Counted from the first letter of the stretch, positions 37,302-50,516 are shown. The stretch: DNA of 64,000 bases from Dimorphilus gyrociliatus (GCA_904063045.1 CAJFCJ010000001.1:1798001-1862000); one strand, 5' to 3'. A program made the numbers and translations. Notes: generated from the sequence alone by a model not told the origin.

Positions 37302-39096
37302 ATGTCCGGGGATGATGGTGGTGAAGAATCTGGTAAATTTAATCCTATTTTCGAATTTATTCTACATTAACTAACTGTTTTTAACTATTTTAGGTGGTCC
37401 TGGAGCAGCCTTTCAACAATTTGTTGTTATGGAAGAATTTCTTGATAAACTTAAACTATTACACTATGAGACAACTTTCTGTAAGGACTTAGGATTTAAA
37501 CCTTTCTCAAGGTAATGATCATAAATGAAAGCATATAATTCTGGTAAAACTAATATTTAATACAGACATTACTTTGCCTTACCTACAAATCCTGGAGAGC
37601 AATTTTACTCTTTCACTTCTATATCTGCATGGCTACTGCAAATGTGTGGAAAAAATTTTGATCAACCTCAAGAATATGATGATCCAAATTCAACGATATC
37701 AAATATACTATCTCAATTAAGGGACCTTGGACATCAGATTGACTTTCCTCCTAATAAGCTTAAAGTGGGATGTGGGGAGAATTGCTTATGGGTAATTGAT
37801 CGGCTTGCTGATGAAGCTCTTAAGGCAAAAAGTTTTTCCTGGAAATCGTGAGTTTTCGATTCATATATTTGTTTATTTTTCTTTGCCAGCTTAATAAAGC
37901 TATATCTTCAATAAACAGACCGACATATCCTGAAGAAGAAGCCGAAGAGGATAACATAATCGAAGATGAAGCTGAATTAAACCTGAATAAGGTTGAAGAA
38001 GAAATGATGCTTGTCAGTTAAATTTATTGAGCATTTTTACATTAGCATTAACTCATAAATTTATTTCTATATAGGATGACGATGAAGAAATTGAAGAGGA
38101 GGAAAATATTCTCGGCTTGGACGATTTAAACAAGTTAAATTCTGGTCAAGCGAAAAAAATTGAATCTTCAAAGCCAGAAAATATCATGGAGTCGACTACT
38201 GACGCCAATGAATGGAAATTGGAAGTGGAAAGAGTATTACCCCAACTAAAAGTTACTATTAGAACAGATAATAAAGATTGGAGAGTTCATATGGATCAAA
38301 TGACAACAAATAGTCAGGGAATCGAAAAATGCATGTCTGAAACAAAACTTCAATTGGACAAACTTCACGATGAAATTACTAAGACACTAGAAAAGATAGG
38401 CAGGTTCGTAAATTATTATTTAATATAGCAAAGATTTAATATATATAACCTTGAATATTTTTTAATCAGTCGAGAAAAATATATAAACAATCAACTTGAA
38501 CATTTGCTTGTTGAATTTCGAACTATGCAAGATCGATTAGCCGAAACAAAGGAGAAATACAGGTAACATTTAGAATAACATAAAATAATTCATTTATTCT
38601 AAAAAAACGCCTTTTAGACAAGGATCTGGAGGAGTAACTGAAAGGAGCAGAATTTTAGCTGAAGTTGGTAGAGCTTAATGTTAAATGCTTTTAAGTATAA
38701 AAAATAACTCATATAACAATTAATTTTCTATAGATTGTTGAAGATTTAGAGAGGGTTAAACAAGAGATGGAGGAGAGAGGATCAAATATGACCGATGCCG
38801 GTAATATTATAATAATAGGTTTATCAACAATAAATGATTAAACAAAACTTATCTTTTCAAACAATCTAGCACCTCTTGTTAGAATTAAACAATCTATGAA
38901 AAAATTAAAGGAAGATTGTACTCAAATGGACATACGAGTAGGCGTTATACAACATATTCTACTTCAGGTAAACAATTCATTCAAAGCTTTTAATTGAAAT
39001 TTTTATACACTTTATCCACAATAGGCCAAGTTGAAGGAAAAGTCACATCACAACGGTGGCCCCGGAATTAGTGAGGATGATAGTCTTGCTTATTAG
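37302..39096 (+). CDS. IFT57: Intraflagellar transport protein 57 (HIPPI)
   Basis: Motifs MEEFLDKLKLLHY, RHYFALPTNPGEQFY, QPQEYDDPNSTISNIL, EWKLEVERVLPQLKVTIRTDNKDWR and REKYINNQLE. Confidence 0.96.
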
Positions 39097-39575
39097 CTTA
39101 AACACTCTAAAAGTATTTAAATATCAATTATCGATACAGCTACTTATTTGCTTTTGTTTTCGTGTAAATATATATCTATAAATCAAGTAAAAGCATATTA
39201 TAACAGCAATGTTAACTATAAGTTGCTAAATCATTCACAAATAAAAAAGGTTTATAAGTTTATTGTTTGTTTTCTCTATTTATTATATATATTTTCTTAC
39301 TTTATACGATAAAGTTTTCTCTTCTTTTAAAAGAGAGTTATCTCATAATTTTGCACTTAATTTAAAAAAATATGTAAAGAATAGTGTATAAATTACCAAT
39401 ATCAAACTCTTTAGAGAATTTTTCTTATAGAAAAAACCTGCATGATATTTTTTCCACAAAGTAAAAATTATCAAATAAGTAAATAAAACTGAGAAAGCAA
39501 CATTTCAATTATTCCAAAGTAAAAACACAATTTATCCAAGCAATGTTGATTTTACGAGACAATAGCAGAATGTAT

Positions 39576-41548
39576 TTATGAATCTGAATCAGAAAGGTTA
39601 ACAGTGGAACAAGAGCCACTATCGCTCCAGCCGTCGTCAGAAACAGCCACTTTTTGAATACTCTTTTCATAAACCTACAATTTATTTGTAAAATATATTA
39701 AATCTTGAAAAGATGTAAATTTTAATATATTACTTTGAAAGTTTCACTTATAGCTAGGGGAAATTCTGAGAAGTAACTCCAATAGACTAGGAAAACAGTA
39801 CTTCCAATAAGCTGTTCAGGTAGCTTTATATTAGTTATATGACGAGTTCTGCCATTAAAAGAGAGTGATAGTCCCGCTGGTGCATACTTATAGGCAACAT
39901 AATCGGATATAGTTCTGGCTTTTGCCTATAAAACAGAATACTTGAATTAGGATAGAGCCGTAATAATACGTTGGCAATTTACGTCTACTAGTGCTATCCA
40001 ATCCCATGAAGACGGCTTATAAGCACCGTTATCTACATAGTAACTAATATTTATGTCACCAGCAACAATTGGCTGGATTGCAAACTTAATGCGCGGAATA
40101 AAGTGAGCGTAAACCTGTAACAGAATTAAATCAATAAATTGAAAGAAAGAAGTTAAAACCTACGATAGATCTGAAATTAGCAATAACAGGTCTATGATCG
40201 CTTCTTTGAAAGATGCTATCCATTTTAGCTCTATATTCCATAGGTAGTACGTTAAAAGATTTATTAACATCATCGTCACTACTATACGATGAAGTATAAT
40301 AAAGAATACGGTCGGTATATGCTGGTTTACGTTGCTTTGATCTAAGAAAAAATACTTTTACAATACCATTTCTTTATTAATTAACTATTAAATAAAAGAA
40401 ATTAATGTTTTCTCTTTACCCTGTGTCATATTTATCACTATTGACATCGAATTTATACGTTGGTGGAAAATTGATTGGTCCCTCCTTAAAACCCAAAAAA
40501 ATAAGGCCTTCATTCATGGACTTTTTTAACTAATTGGTATAGGTGGAAATTATCAAATGAACCATTGAAAGAAAGTTAACTAATAAAACCTGATCGTTCG
40601 CTAAAAGCTGGTCATATTCATTTGATGTAATATGGTCTTCTATTGTTTTCTTATCCAGGTTATTAATTCGAAAATTCAAGTCACCCAACCAATATATGTA
40701 ACTAGATGAAAGACACAGTGTAGGAAAAGTATTAAAATTAAATATTTAGAGTATTAATGTTTAAGTCTAACTCATGATCCAAAATATTAGTGGAGTTTTT
40801 AAAGGTTTGGGTTTCTATTATATCGTCGTAGTCTCTTATTCTCTCATTCACATGTTGAAGATGAGCAGTCAAGTGAGAATTTACAAAACATATACTCGTC
40901 TGACCTATTTCAAATCTTACTGATACGGCTCCCTTACTACCCTGTTGTAAATTATTGTTAGCATTATTAGATACATTGTCGAGCCTTATAAGTATGCCCA
41001 TACATACAAGTAGGCCTCCAAAGTTGGTTCTTGTATATGATGTCTCTATGTTATGAACATAGTGAAGCCAAGGTAATCGAATCCAGACAAGTAGTTGCAT
41101 GTTCCACATGCGAATGGTTTTGATCTGTTTTTAATTGTTAATGAATATTGTGAGCAAAGAGTATGGCTTACAAACTAGGATAAAACTTTCTGCAAGAGCT
41201 CCTAAAGCTTCTTTTATAGCAGAAGTCCATAAATCTTCTCCTAGACCAACTACTGATAAATTTGCAATATATATTTCCTGCAATCTGAAAGAAAAGAGCT
41301 GTTTTTGTTGCAAACTTATCCTTAAAAACAAACCCTATAGCAATGACATCTGGATACTCTCTAGGGTTATACTTTACAAGTTTTTCAAGTTCTGGAGGAG
41401 GTGTACATTCCGCCGTATTCCATGTAATACAAGACACTCTGTTGTATGTTATTGAGCGATATTACGGGGGTTTTAATTAATACAGCAAAAGTAACACCAA
41501 ATAAAGATGACTCCAATTAACTTACCGAAGTTCTTGTCCTCCTTTCAT
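39576..41548 (-). CDS. INPP5K: Inositol polyphosphate 5-phosphatase with SKICH domain (INPP5K/SKIP-like)
   Basis: Motifs ITWN, DVIAIGLQE, CFVNSHLTAH, YWLGDLNFR, PAYTDRILY and SDHRPVI; C-terminal SSWDWIAL (SKICH). Confidence 0.88.
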
Positions 41549-41647
41549 GTATAAATCCCGATTACCGAGCATTATAGTACAACTGTTTAGTTTAATTGAA
41601 AAATTGAAACGTGAAGAATAACAAACAAAATAGCAATTGACACAACT

Positions 41648-41657
41648 ATGACGTCAT
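41648..41657. promoter_or_regulatory. Palindromic CRE (ATGACGTCAT) in the INPP5K / DUF288 divergent promoter
   Basis: Perfect 10-bp palindrome 100 bp upstream of the INPP5K ATG. An ETS-like CCGGAAGT lies at about 42118 near the other gene. Confidence 0.4.
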
Positions 41658-42246
41658 ATCATCAGGTATGCAATCTAACAACTGCTTGATGTGTTAGCTT
41701 TTGGTGTTCATAGGGTGCCAGACTAAATATTGCATTTCAACTGTCTTAAACAGTTAAATTCTCTTTTCGTGTAAAAAAAATATTTACTAATATATACATT
41801 TATATAAATATACTATATACTAATATATACATATGTATATGTATAATGATATATTATATACTAATATATGCTGTGATTCAGTCGGATTGTATTTTTCTAA
41901 TAGATTGTTTAGAATTCAATTTTAAAAAATTGGTTGAAACATCAATAATCTTTTATTTCAAACAGTTTATAGTATAAAAATAATGTAATTTGGACTAGAA
42001 ATTTTTGTTGAAAATGTCAAAGAATTTCATGAAAAGCAAAGAACTTTTGTATTACCCCTTTAGAAATTTGTCTCTGGTTAATACAACTGATTTTACCCAT
42101 ACGTGGCGCTTTACTTACCGGAAGTAATCTCTAACATAGAGTAATATCACAACAAGATATACATGTTATGAGAGTGCAGTGAACCATTCTGACGTGACAG
42201 TTTATTCATAATCCAATTTTCTGTGAAGAAGAGTTAAAACTTCGTT

Positions 42247-44217
42247 ATGACAACCACCCTAAGAGAATGTAACAAATATAGAACATGTATATTTGGTTTG
42301 TTCATTATCGTTATTATTGCTTCCTATTTCCTATTATCTAAATTGAGAGTGGAGAGAATAAAATTCGACACTAAAGTTTCGGAGAAATCAACGAAAGTAG
42401 TTAATCCGTTACCTGATGTTCAGCCGGTTGAAGACAATTCCAAGCCTATTGAAACAGATGATTTTCCACATCATGATAAATGGATAGTGACAACTAGCAT
42501 CAACAGGCCTACAGATCAAATGACCAAGTTGATAGCAAATGAAAATTGGAGAATGGTAGTCGTTGGTGATCTTAAAACTCCAGTCGAATGGAAATTAAAA
42601 AATACTGTATTTCTGTCAGTAGATAGGCAAAAAGAATTTGGAGGTCATTTATCTAAGCTTATACCCTTTAAGAGTTATTTTCGTAAAAACGTAGGATATA
42701 TTTATGCTATAAAGCATGGAGCAAAAACAATTTTAGATGTAGATGATGACAATGAAATAGCTATTGATGCTTTTGAATTCAACGACGAAAGTTCTAGTAT
42801 AACACCAATCACCACTAGTACTTTCTATAATCCTTACGCACATTTTGGTCAATCAACACTTTGGCCAAGAGGATATCCCCTGCAAAAGATAGGTGATCCA
42901 GCACCACGAACATATCGAACAATAACTGGACGCACACCTGGCATCCAGCAAGCAGTGGTTGATGGAGACCCTGATATGGATGCAATTTTTCGACTAACTA
43001 GGAAAAATTCAGAGAGAATGCTTAATTTAACATTTGACAGGTCAGCGCCGCCAGTTGTCCTTCGTAAAAATTTATACTCGCCTTGTAATGCTCAAGCCAC
43101 ACTTTGGCGCTACGAAGCTTTTTGGGGTCTGTTTTTCTACAGTAGTGTTACATGGAGGGAAGCAGATATTTTTAGATGTTATTGGGCACAACGTTTATTG
43201 TGGTACACAAGGTCACGATTGGCTTTTCTACCTCCAGCTGCTGTTCAAGTTCGAAATCCTCACGATTACTTATCAGATTATATCGACGAACTTCGTCTAT
43301 ACTCACAAGCTGAGAAATTTGTATCGGCTTTACAGTCATTGACTTGCGACGCCGATTTTGAAGAATGCCTAAGAAAATCTGCAACCCATTTAAATGAGCT
43401 GTCATTTTGGACAAAAGAAGATGTTGATTGGTTATATGCCTGGATATTGGATTTAAAAAATGTTGGTTATATTTTCCCTGAGAAAACAGATGATGATGAA
43501 AACATAGACGAAGAAGTTGTCTTTTTTCCTCGTGAACAACATACATCATTCAACCATATACCTAATCTAGAAACTTTGTCATCTTTATTACCTCATTCAC
43601 GAATAGCTAAAACCGTCACAAATGCATGCGGATCAAATTATATAGTTGATTGGAACCCATCTAACTTTAATAATGATACTTTAGTAGTTGTTGGTTTAAT
43701 ATCTGGTAAAATTGAAGACGTTACATATCTCGATGCATTATATCGGACTAACTTTTCAAATATTATCTATTGTACGGACTCAAAACCTTCTCAGGATTTT
43801 GGTGTATCCATTATGCATTCAAAGTCAGTTAATGTTCTGTCATGTCTAAAGAGCGCCTACGAGTTGGGTTATACTGTCAAAAACTACATTTATACCTCTT
43901 CTGAATTCTATTTCTATCGTAATGTATTAAAAAAACACCCCGAGACAGCTCTATTATTCGACGGATCAATAGATTGCCAAGCGAAGAATACAAATGCCTT
44001 ACTAAGCGATCGATTTCTAAGGATACCTGGAGAAATTCTGGGACAAGTAAAAATAAACTGCCTTGATATCAAGTGCATACAAAAATATCTGGAAGACACA
44101 TTTTGCAATCCTGATTACGTAAAGGGTAGCTTGGTGGAAAATTTCGATTACATAGCACCTTTTCATATTTCTACAAATTTGTTAAAATTTTGTAATATTT
44201 TCAAGAGATTTGTTTAA
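42247..44217 (+). CDS. Intronless STELLO-like (DUF288) putative glycosyltransferase, type II membrane, 656 aa
   Basis: N-terminal TM; motifs DKWIVTTSIN, WRMVVVGDLKTP, RKNVGYIYAIKHGAKTILDVDDDN, NPYAHFGQSTLWPRGYP, VDGDPDMDAIFRL and DIFRCYWAQRLLW. Confidence 0.85.
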   Translation: MTTTLRECNKYRTCIFGLFIIVIIASYFLLSKLRVERIKFDTKVSEKSTKVVNPLPDVQPVEDNSKPIETDDFPHHDKWIVTTSINRPTDQMTKLIANENWRMVVVGDLKTPVEWKLKNTVFLSVDRQKEFGGHLSKLIPFKSYFRKNVGYIYAIKHGAKTILDVDDDNEIAIDAFEFNDESSSITPITTSTFYNPYAHFGQSTLWPRGYPLQKIGDPAPRTYRTITGRTPGIQQAVVDGDPDMDAIFRLTRKNSERMLNLTFDRSAPPVVLRKNLYSPCNAQATLWRYEAFWGLFFYSSVTWREADIFRCYWAQRLLWYTRSRLAFLPPAAVQVRNPHDYLSDYIDELRLYSQAEKFVSALQSLTCDADFEECLRKSATHLNELSFWTKEDVDWLYAWILDLKNVGYIFPEKTDDDENIDEEVVFFPREQHTSFNHIPNLETLSSLLPHSRIAKTVTNACGSNYIVDWNPSNFNNDTLVVVGLISGKIEDVTYLDALYRTNFSNIIYCTDSKPSQDFGVSIMHSKSVNVLSCLKSAYELGYTVKNYIYTSSEFYFYRNVLKKHPETALLFDGSIDCQAKNTNALLSDRFLRIPGEILGQVKINCLDIKCIQKYLEDTFCNPDYVKGSLVENFDYIAPFHISTNLLKFCNIFKRFV

Positions 44218-44316
44218 CGACATTTATTAAATAAATACAATTCTGTTTCACATATATTGATCAAAGTAATTTTCTTTTAAAAGAAAGCTTTTTAAGTCAG
44301 ATTAGATATTTGTTCT

Positions 44317-47300
44317 TTAATCCTCTTGCTTCGGTGGTTCATTTGATGCACTTTCGTCTATTATCATCTTAGGACTCGAAGCAGGACTCTCGGCTTCTGG
44401 AGAAGTTGCTACAGAATTATCGGCACTACTTTTATTCAACATGTTAGCTAAGTTTTGATGCTTTTTAACCACTGGAGATGGAGCAGTCACAGTGTTGGCT
44501 CGTACTCTTGGTTGGGGTGAAACAGCGGGAGAAGGCCTCTTAGTTTCTGGTTTCGAGCACGGTCCAGCACTATAACTTCTCGGGCGAGTATCCACATCTA
44601 GCACAGATTGCAGGGAAGGAGCTTTTTCATTTCTAGGGCTCGTTGAAGCCGGTGAAATAGATGACGGTCTCGGCGAGGCGGCAAAGGGTGAAAGCTGTGA
44701 TTGCTTCTGATCCTCTGGCGGTGAACCAATGATGCCTCTCATTGATTGAGAAATTCGAGAATTAGCTCTCATATCTTCTTCAACCTTTTGACTTTTATTC
44801 TCAATGATCTGTTCAAAATAATTCCCAATTGTTGTTATTTTCCGATCAGGCGGCGGAGACGGTCTTTTTGGCCTTGTCATTCCCGGCATAGAATTGCTCA
44901 TTTCCGACTCGTTCGGCCTTCTACGCCTAGGAGAAGTCAAGGTATGGGAATTGGTCGTCTTCTCCTGAGTCATCTGATTGTGTATAATAATGTCTATTAA
45001 TTTAGCTGCAGTCATTTGGTTATTTTGAGGTGGATGCGACTGTTGGGGCGGCATCTGTGCATGTTGCTGATGCTGATGTGGATGCTGGTGATGATGGGAA
45101 ATTGGTACAGAGCGAGGTGATTTACTCTGCTGATGTCGATTAACTTTTACTGGTTTTTCACGGTCATCATAAGCATCAATATACGCAGGTCGAATATTAG
45201 CACTTGTCCTCATATTTTCCATTTGTCTAGCTGTGTCATAATCATTCTGAAGTATTAGTCTATTGTTTGATGGATGTCTATCGTAGGCTTTCGGAGCAGC
45301 AACCTCATAAATATCATGATTGCCGTGTGTTCCTTTCATATTCTCATTGCATATGGGCGTTCCTTTAATAATGGAACCGGCCGATCCATCCAATCCAGGT
45401 GGTGGAGGCCTTCCCTCAAAGCGTTGTCTTTGAGAAAAGGCGAGTGGCGTTCCAGATATGATGCTTCCTCCAGCCATTAGCGGTCTATTATTGTTATGGA
45501 CGAGAGGAGGGGGAACGGGCATATGAGGTCTCGGCGGAATGTTAAAATGGGGAGGCCTTGAATATGAGTGATTCGAGTGAGCAGGAGGTGGGGGACCTCG
45601 AGGCTGTTCCTTCTTTCTATTCAACGGATCTGGACGATAGTGACGAGGACCCAATAAATCCGGATAGAGTGGATTTGATATGCTAACATTTATTCCCATT
45701 GCTGAAAAAAGTAATTGTTAGAAATAGAAATTTGCCGATGAACAGATTAAACTAACGATTGCTGGTTGCCATCGTAATAGGATGTACTCTAGCGATGTTC
45801 TCCTTGGTAGCGTCTGAATCTGATCTGGGAACATCGGGGTGAAGATTTCTCTCTATTGCCGAATGTATTAGATCCCGAACGCAAGCCGGGGAATGTCTTC
45901 TGTCCTCGCCCGCCTGCTGCAGTCCGCCATTGACTGACGGTTGTGCCGTTTGTAGGCGGGCGATTGCCGGTAAAAAATTCTCCTGTGCCAAATTTACAGG
46001 GTTTGGTGGTTTTTGAATCACACTAACAGAGTGATTTTTAGAAACATGTTGTTGAGAATGAAGGGGCTGTTGTGGTACTTGTTGATGTTTTGGTAAAACA
46101 GCATCTTGGGAACTCTCATCGGCGCTTAAAGTTGCTGATGAGTCGTTATCAGCGGCAGGAAATTTTGAATTGTCTTCTTCCAAAGTTCTGACGCTAGCTA
46201 TAGATGCTGTTTCATCACTTATTCCTTCAATTTCATCATCTACTGAGCTAGGCATTTCACTATCGCTTATGGCCGTTACAGTGCTTGCATTCGATTCGCA
46301 AACAGAAGTCTTCCTATTATCAGTATGCTCTTTCAATAGATCATCGAGGCCCATTTTTTTACGATAGTTGAAAAAGAAATGTTTACATTGCGCTTCACTT
46401 TTTGTGCCTACTTTGGTAGAGATTGCAGCCCAATTTCGACCAAAGTCTTTTAGTGCTTCCTTTGCTGCTGTCATTTCTTCATCGGTCCATCGGTTTGCTT
46501 CCGTTTCGGGATCATTTGTGCCCAATCGTCGACAAATACGATTAAAGCAAGGTTGACAACACTTATTCATCCCATCAGTAATACCAAAAGTTTTAAATAT
46601 ATCGTCTCGAATGTCTTCGGCAACTGTTTTTAACTTATTAGGTAGAGGTCTAAGCCTCTTAACTTTAGTTTTTGGTCTTGAGCAAGCCATTAGTGGGCAT
46701 TCAAATGACTTTCTACGTTGTCTAATACGACAATTATTACAAATTTTTACTTCGCCATCTCTCTTCACAGCTTCCTCCATGGCCTCACTTGATATCCCAT
46801 ACGACGAGTGATTTGCACTTGTTACAGAATAGAAATTCGAACAAGTCTTTGTGCTACACACAACACATTGGATATTACTGCTCTTTTCCCTATTTTCATT
46901 ATTTGAAGGAGGTGCGGAATTAGAACAAGGTTCATCTTGGTTCTCTAAAGATCGCACAGCACAACCGGCAGTAACAACCATTGGTTTTACATCGACAAAC
47001 GAAGAACGATTAGAGCGGGAACTGAAAGTAAAAAATACGTCGAAGTTATGAATAAAATCATATTTATAAACTCAATTTTCTAAAACTTACAATACAATTG
47101 GAACAGCCTCTTCTTTACTTTTATTTTTAGCTTCTTGTTCACATCGATCTTTTTCCAACTGAGCGGCTCTCATAACGGCTTGCTAAACAAATGATAATCG
47201 CATTAGGCCGATTCTTTTTGTGATAACTATTTTTAAATAGGTTATTATATAAAATCGTATAAAATACATACTTTCTTCAGAGCCCCTTTTGCTCCTCTTT

Positions 47301-49218
47301 GCCTTGCCTGATGTTTTCTTACAAGTTGTTTGTAATTTTCCGTCTTTTTCGACATATAATAGTAATGTATGCATTCTGAGACTGTTTTATTTTCAAGGAA
47401 TTGAGAAATAATCACAAAATTCTTAGGGTGTTGAACAAATCTATCACGAAAAACTTCTTTTTCCTTATCAGTCCAAACAGTGTCTTTGCCCTTAGAGTTT
47501 TTGTATTCTAGAACAGAAAAAAAGCCGCAGATAAAGATCTGTTTTCTTTTTTTTTTTTCAGAAATAATATACAATTGTATGTTATTTCTAAGTAGGTCAA
47601 TGTATGCATACGAAACAGTTTGACCCTATATGCTCAATCTAATTAACAGATACGAGACACTAGTATCTCTATAACAACAGACTGACTCAAGAGTTAAAAA
47701 TAACTTTGTACTCGATTTTTTTTATATTACTCATCGTAGTTGTTGAAAATTATCTAGAACAAGCTTTGTACTTTAAACTGTTCAGACTTGATTAAGAATG
47801 TGATTTTACAGACCTGCTAGAGGATCCTTAATCAGACGATTGTTATCTATAAACTTGTATTTTCGCTCTTGCTCGTCAAGTAATAGTGGAGGTATTACGG
47901 CCAGTTGTTTACGTTTCCGTATTTCTTCCTGTAAGAGTTGTACACCCGGATAAGCAAACATTTGTACGTAAACATAACATTACCTCATGTTCCTGAACAC
48001 CATCATTAATTTGGTCAATTTCTTGATGTTCGCTTCTTGTGTGAGCTCTATTATTACATCGTTCCTCTCTTACCCTCTTTATTTCGGGGAATACCTTCTC
48101 GTATAATTCTCTAGTACGTACATCTTTCGATTTTTTCTTGGCAGCATTTTCAAATCGATCAACTTTCTTCAACCAGATTTGCATTTGTTTCTTATAAAGA
48201 TCGTCTGACCCTTTTTCTCTTTCCTTCTTGGCAAAGAATTTCTTTTTAAGCTGGGCAACAAGTAATGGCTTAAATTTGATGAATTTCTCTTTAATTTCTT
48301 CTTGCAGAGTATCAGACGGTTGCTGATAAAGCGCCAAACCTTGAACATTTTCTAATTTTGAGCTTAAAATAATAAGCTGATGTGATTTAGCTGCTTTTCG
48401 CTTATTGTCCGATAAAATATCGTGAAGTGGATTCTGATGTTTTTGGGTTGGAGATTCACAGCGTTCTCCTGCTGGAGCACAGGCAGCTGCCTTGTAACGC
48501 TCCTCATCGCTCTCTAATTTCTTTATTGTTGCCTCTAGTTCCTGAATTCGACTTTCAACCTTATTAATTTGATTGGTAATATTTTGCCTGGCATCTTTAA
48601 ATCCCTGATCTTGTGGTAGGGTCGGTGAAATAGCTTCAACTTGCGGATGGTAGGCTGGTTCTTGTTTTATGTTTGGCACGAATTGTGTATTTATGTGTAA
48701 AGGTTGAGTGTAATCCTGCATCATTCGCGGCCTTTTGGCCGAATTCAGGGCAGCCGGTTCGAGAATACGGTGTGATTCAAATTCATTGTTTAACATGGAT
48801 ATTCTGCGCCTTGGCTGCGGCACATCTGATTGATAAGGCGAGGTCGTGTATTGAGCCGTCGAATAGGGTAATGAGTAAGCGGCAGCCGCCGTCATTGGCA
48901 TACGAATTCCGTACGGTGAGGGATGGGATATTGATGCAGTTGTGCTACGCGGACTCTGCGTTCCCCGACCTCTTTTATAGGCATCTTGAGAAGGACTCCT
49001 GTAAAATCAATGATTTAACGTTGATCTAAATATCGGTCAAAAAAACAACATTATTCCTAAATTCCTTGGGCTTGAATCCATCGTGTACGCGATCGTTCGG
49101 TTTTCTTTTTACGCTAAGCTAAAGCTCTAAAATTTAATCTTTCATTTTAACCAGCGATCGCTGTGTAACTCATTCGTATAAGTGCGAATTCTTACCTCTC
49201 TCTATTGGAACTCGACAT
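44317..49218 (-). CDS. NCOR1: Nuclear receptor corepressor (NCoR/SMRT/SMRTER family)
   Basis: Motifs YHPQVEAISP, SANT1 (WTDKEKEVFRDRFVQHPKNF...YYYMSKK), SANT2 (WTDEEMTAAKEALKDFGRNWAAI), GSII(S/K)GTP and CoRNR-like boxes. First exon MSSSNRER at 49218 splices in phase 2. Confidence 0.9.
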
Positions 49219-49269
49219 AACATATACGCAGACACTTAATTTTACTGCAGAGTATTTAGGTCATTCATC

Positions 49270-49514
49270 CGCCATCGTTTTTTAATGCATTTTCTTATTG
49301 ACGCCATATTTTTTTTCTTGAAACACTGTCCTTCAACTGTACATCGAAAAATTCGCCATTTTATTTTTCGATTTAGATTATGATAATAAAAGGAATGGAA
49401 AGAGAAAATTAAGCTAAAAAAGTATACTTAGAAAAAAATTTATCACTTGACTTGTATGATTAATTTTATTTCGCATGGACGCCATCTGACGGTAGATCTA
49501 TCCAAAACATGGCG
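49270..49514. promoter_or_regulatory. Cluster of five YY1/Pho-like CGCCAT motifs in the NCoR-PSMB5 bidirectional promoter
   Basis: CGCCAT at 49270, 49302, 49354 and 49480, and the reverse ATGGCG at 49509 overlapping the PSMB5 start codon. Confidence 0.55.
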
Positions 49515-50429
49515 CTAGCAGACGTTTGCGGCATCAAGAACTTCTCTAATAATTTACCAAGTCTTGGAAATAGAGGTTTCCCATCAAGTTTAACGCAAGC
49601 CGATGATGAAATCCTATTCGGCAATACTTTTATTGTTCCTAAAAATCTAGAGGTAGGAATTTCTTGACTTTTCTGTATAATGCAATGAATGACTTGCGAA
49701 ATTTTCTTCAGTCTTTTGGAGAAGAATCGAAAAATGAAAACGATGTTCAGATTCAATTTGCCCAAGGAACAACTACACTTGCTTTTAAGTATAAAAATGG
49801 TGTGATCGTAGCTGTTGATTCTAGAGCTTCAGCTGGCTCTTACATTGCATCCCAAACTGTAAAGAAAGTAATTGAAATAAATCCCTATCTTCTTGGAACC
49901 ATGGCAGGAGGAGCTGCAGATTGTGCCTTTTGGGAAAGGATGTTGGCCAAGCAGTGCCGTATATATGAATTAAGAAACAAGGAAAGAATATCTGTTTCTG
50001 CTGCTTCAAAGCTTCTTGCTAATATGGTGTACAACTATAAGGGCATGGGTTTGTCAATGGGGACCATGATCGTTGGCTGGGATAAAAAAGGACCCGGATT
50101 GTACTATGTCGATAACGATGGCACCCGCTTAACCGATAATTTATTTTCAGTTGGGTCTGGTTCTACCTATGCTTATGGTGTTCTGGACAGTGGTTACAAA
50201 TGGGACCTAACTGATGAAGAAGCATACAATCTAGCAAAACGATCCATCTTTCATGCTACACATCGTGATGCTGCATCGGGAGGAATTATTAATTGTAAGA
50301 ATTTATTATCCCGTATTCTACAAACTAATAACTATATTTTCAGTGTATCATATGAAAGAAAGTGGATGGGTTAAGATATCTGCCACAGATGTTGGGCCTT
50401 TATATTACGAGTATAAAGCAGAAGCGTAA
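49509..50429 (+). CDS. PSMB5: 20S proteasome subunit beta type-5, 3 exons
   Basis: Motifs [37 protein letters not shown] and [10 protein letters not shown]; propeptide begins MALADVCG. Confidence 0.97.
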
Positions 50430-50516
50430 AAATTGTTTTCCGATTATAAAATATGTCATTCAAAATAAAACTAAATTTTTACAGATAGTTTAAAGTTTTT
50501 ATTAATAATTCTATGT

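Noticed and set aside
41790-41870. TA-rich quasi-palindromic tract (similar tracts near 28860 and 62100)
   Set aside because: Ordinary low-complexity sequence in an AT-rich genome, with no flanking target-site duplications or MITE structure.
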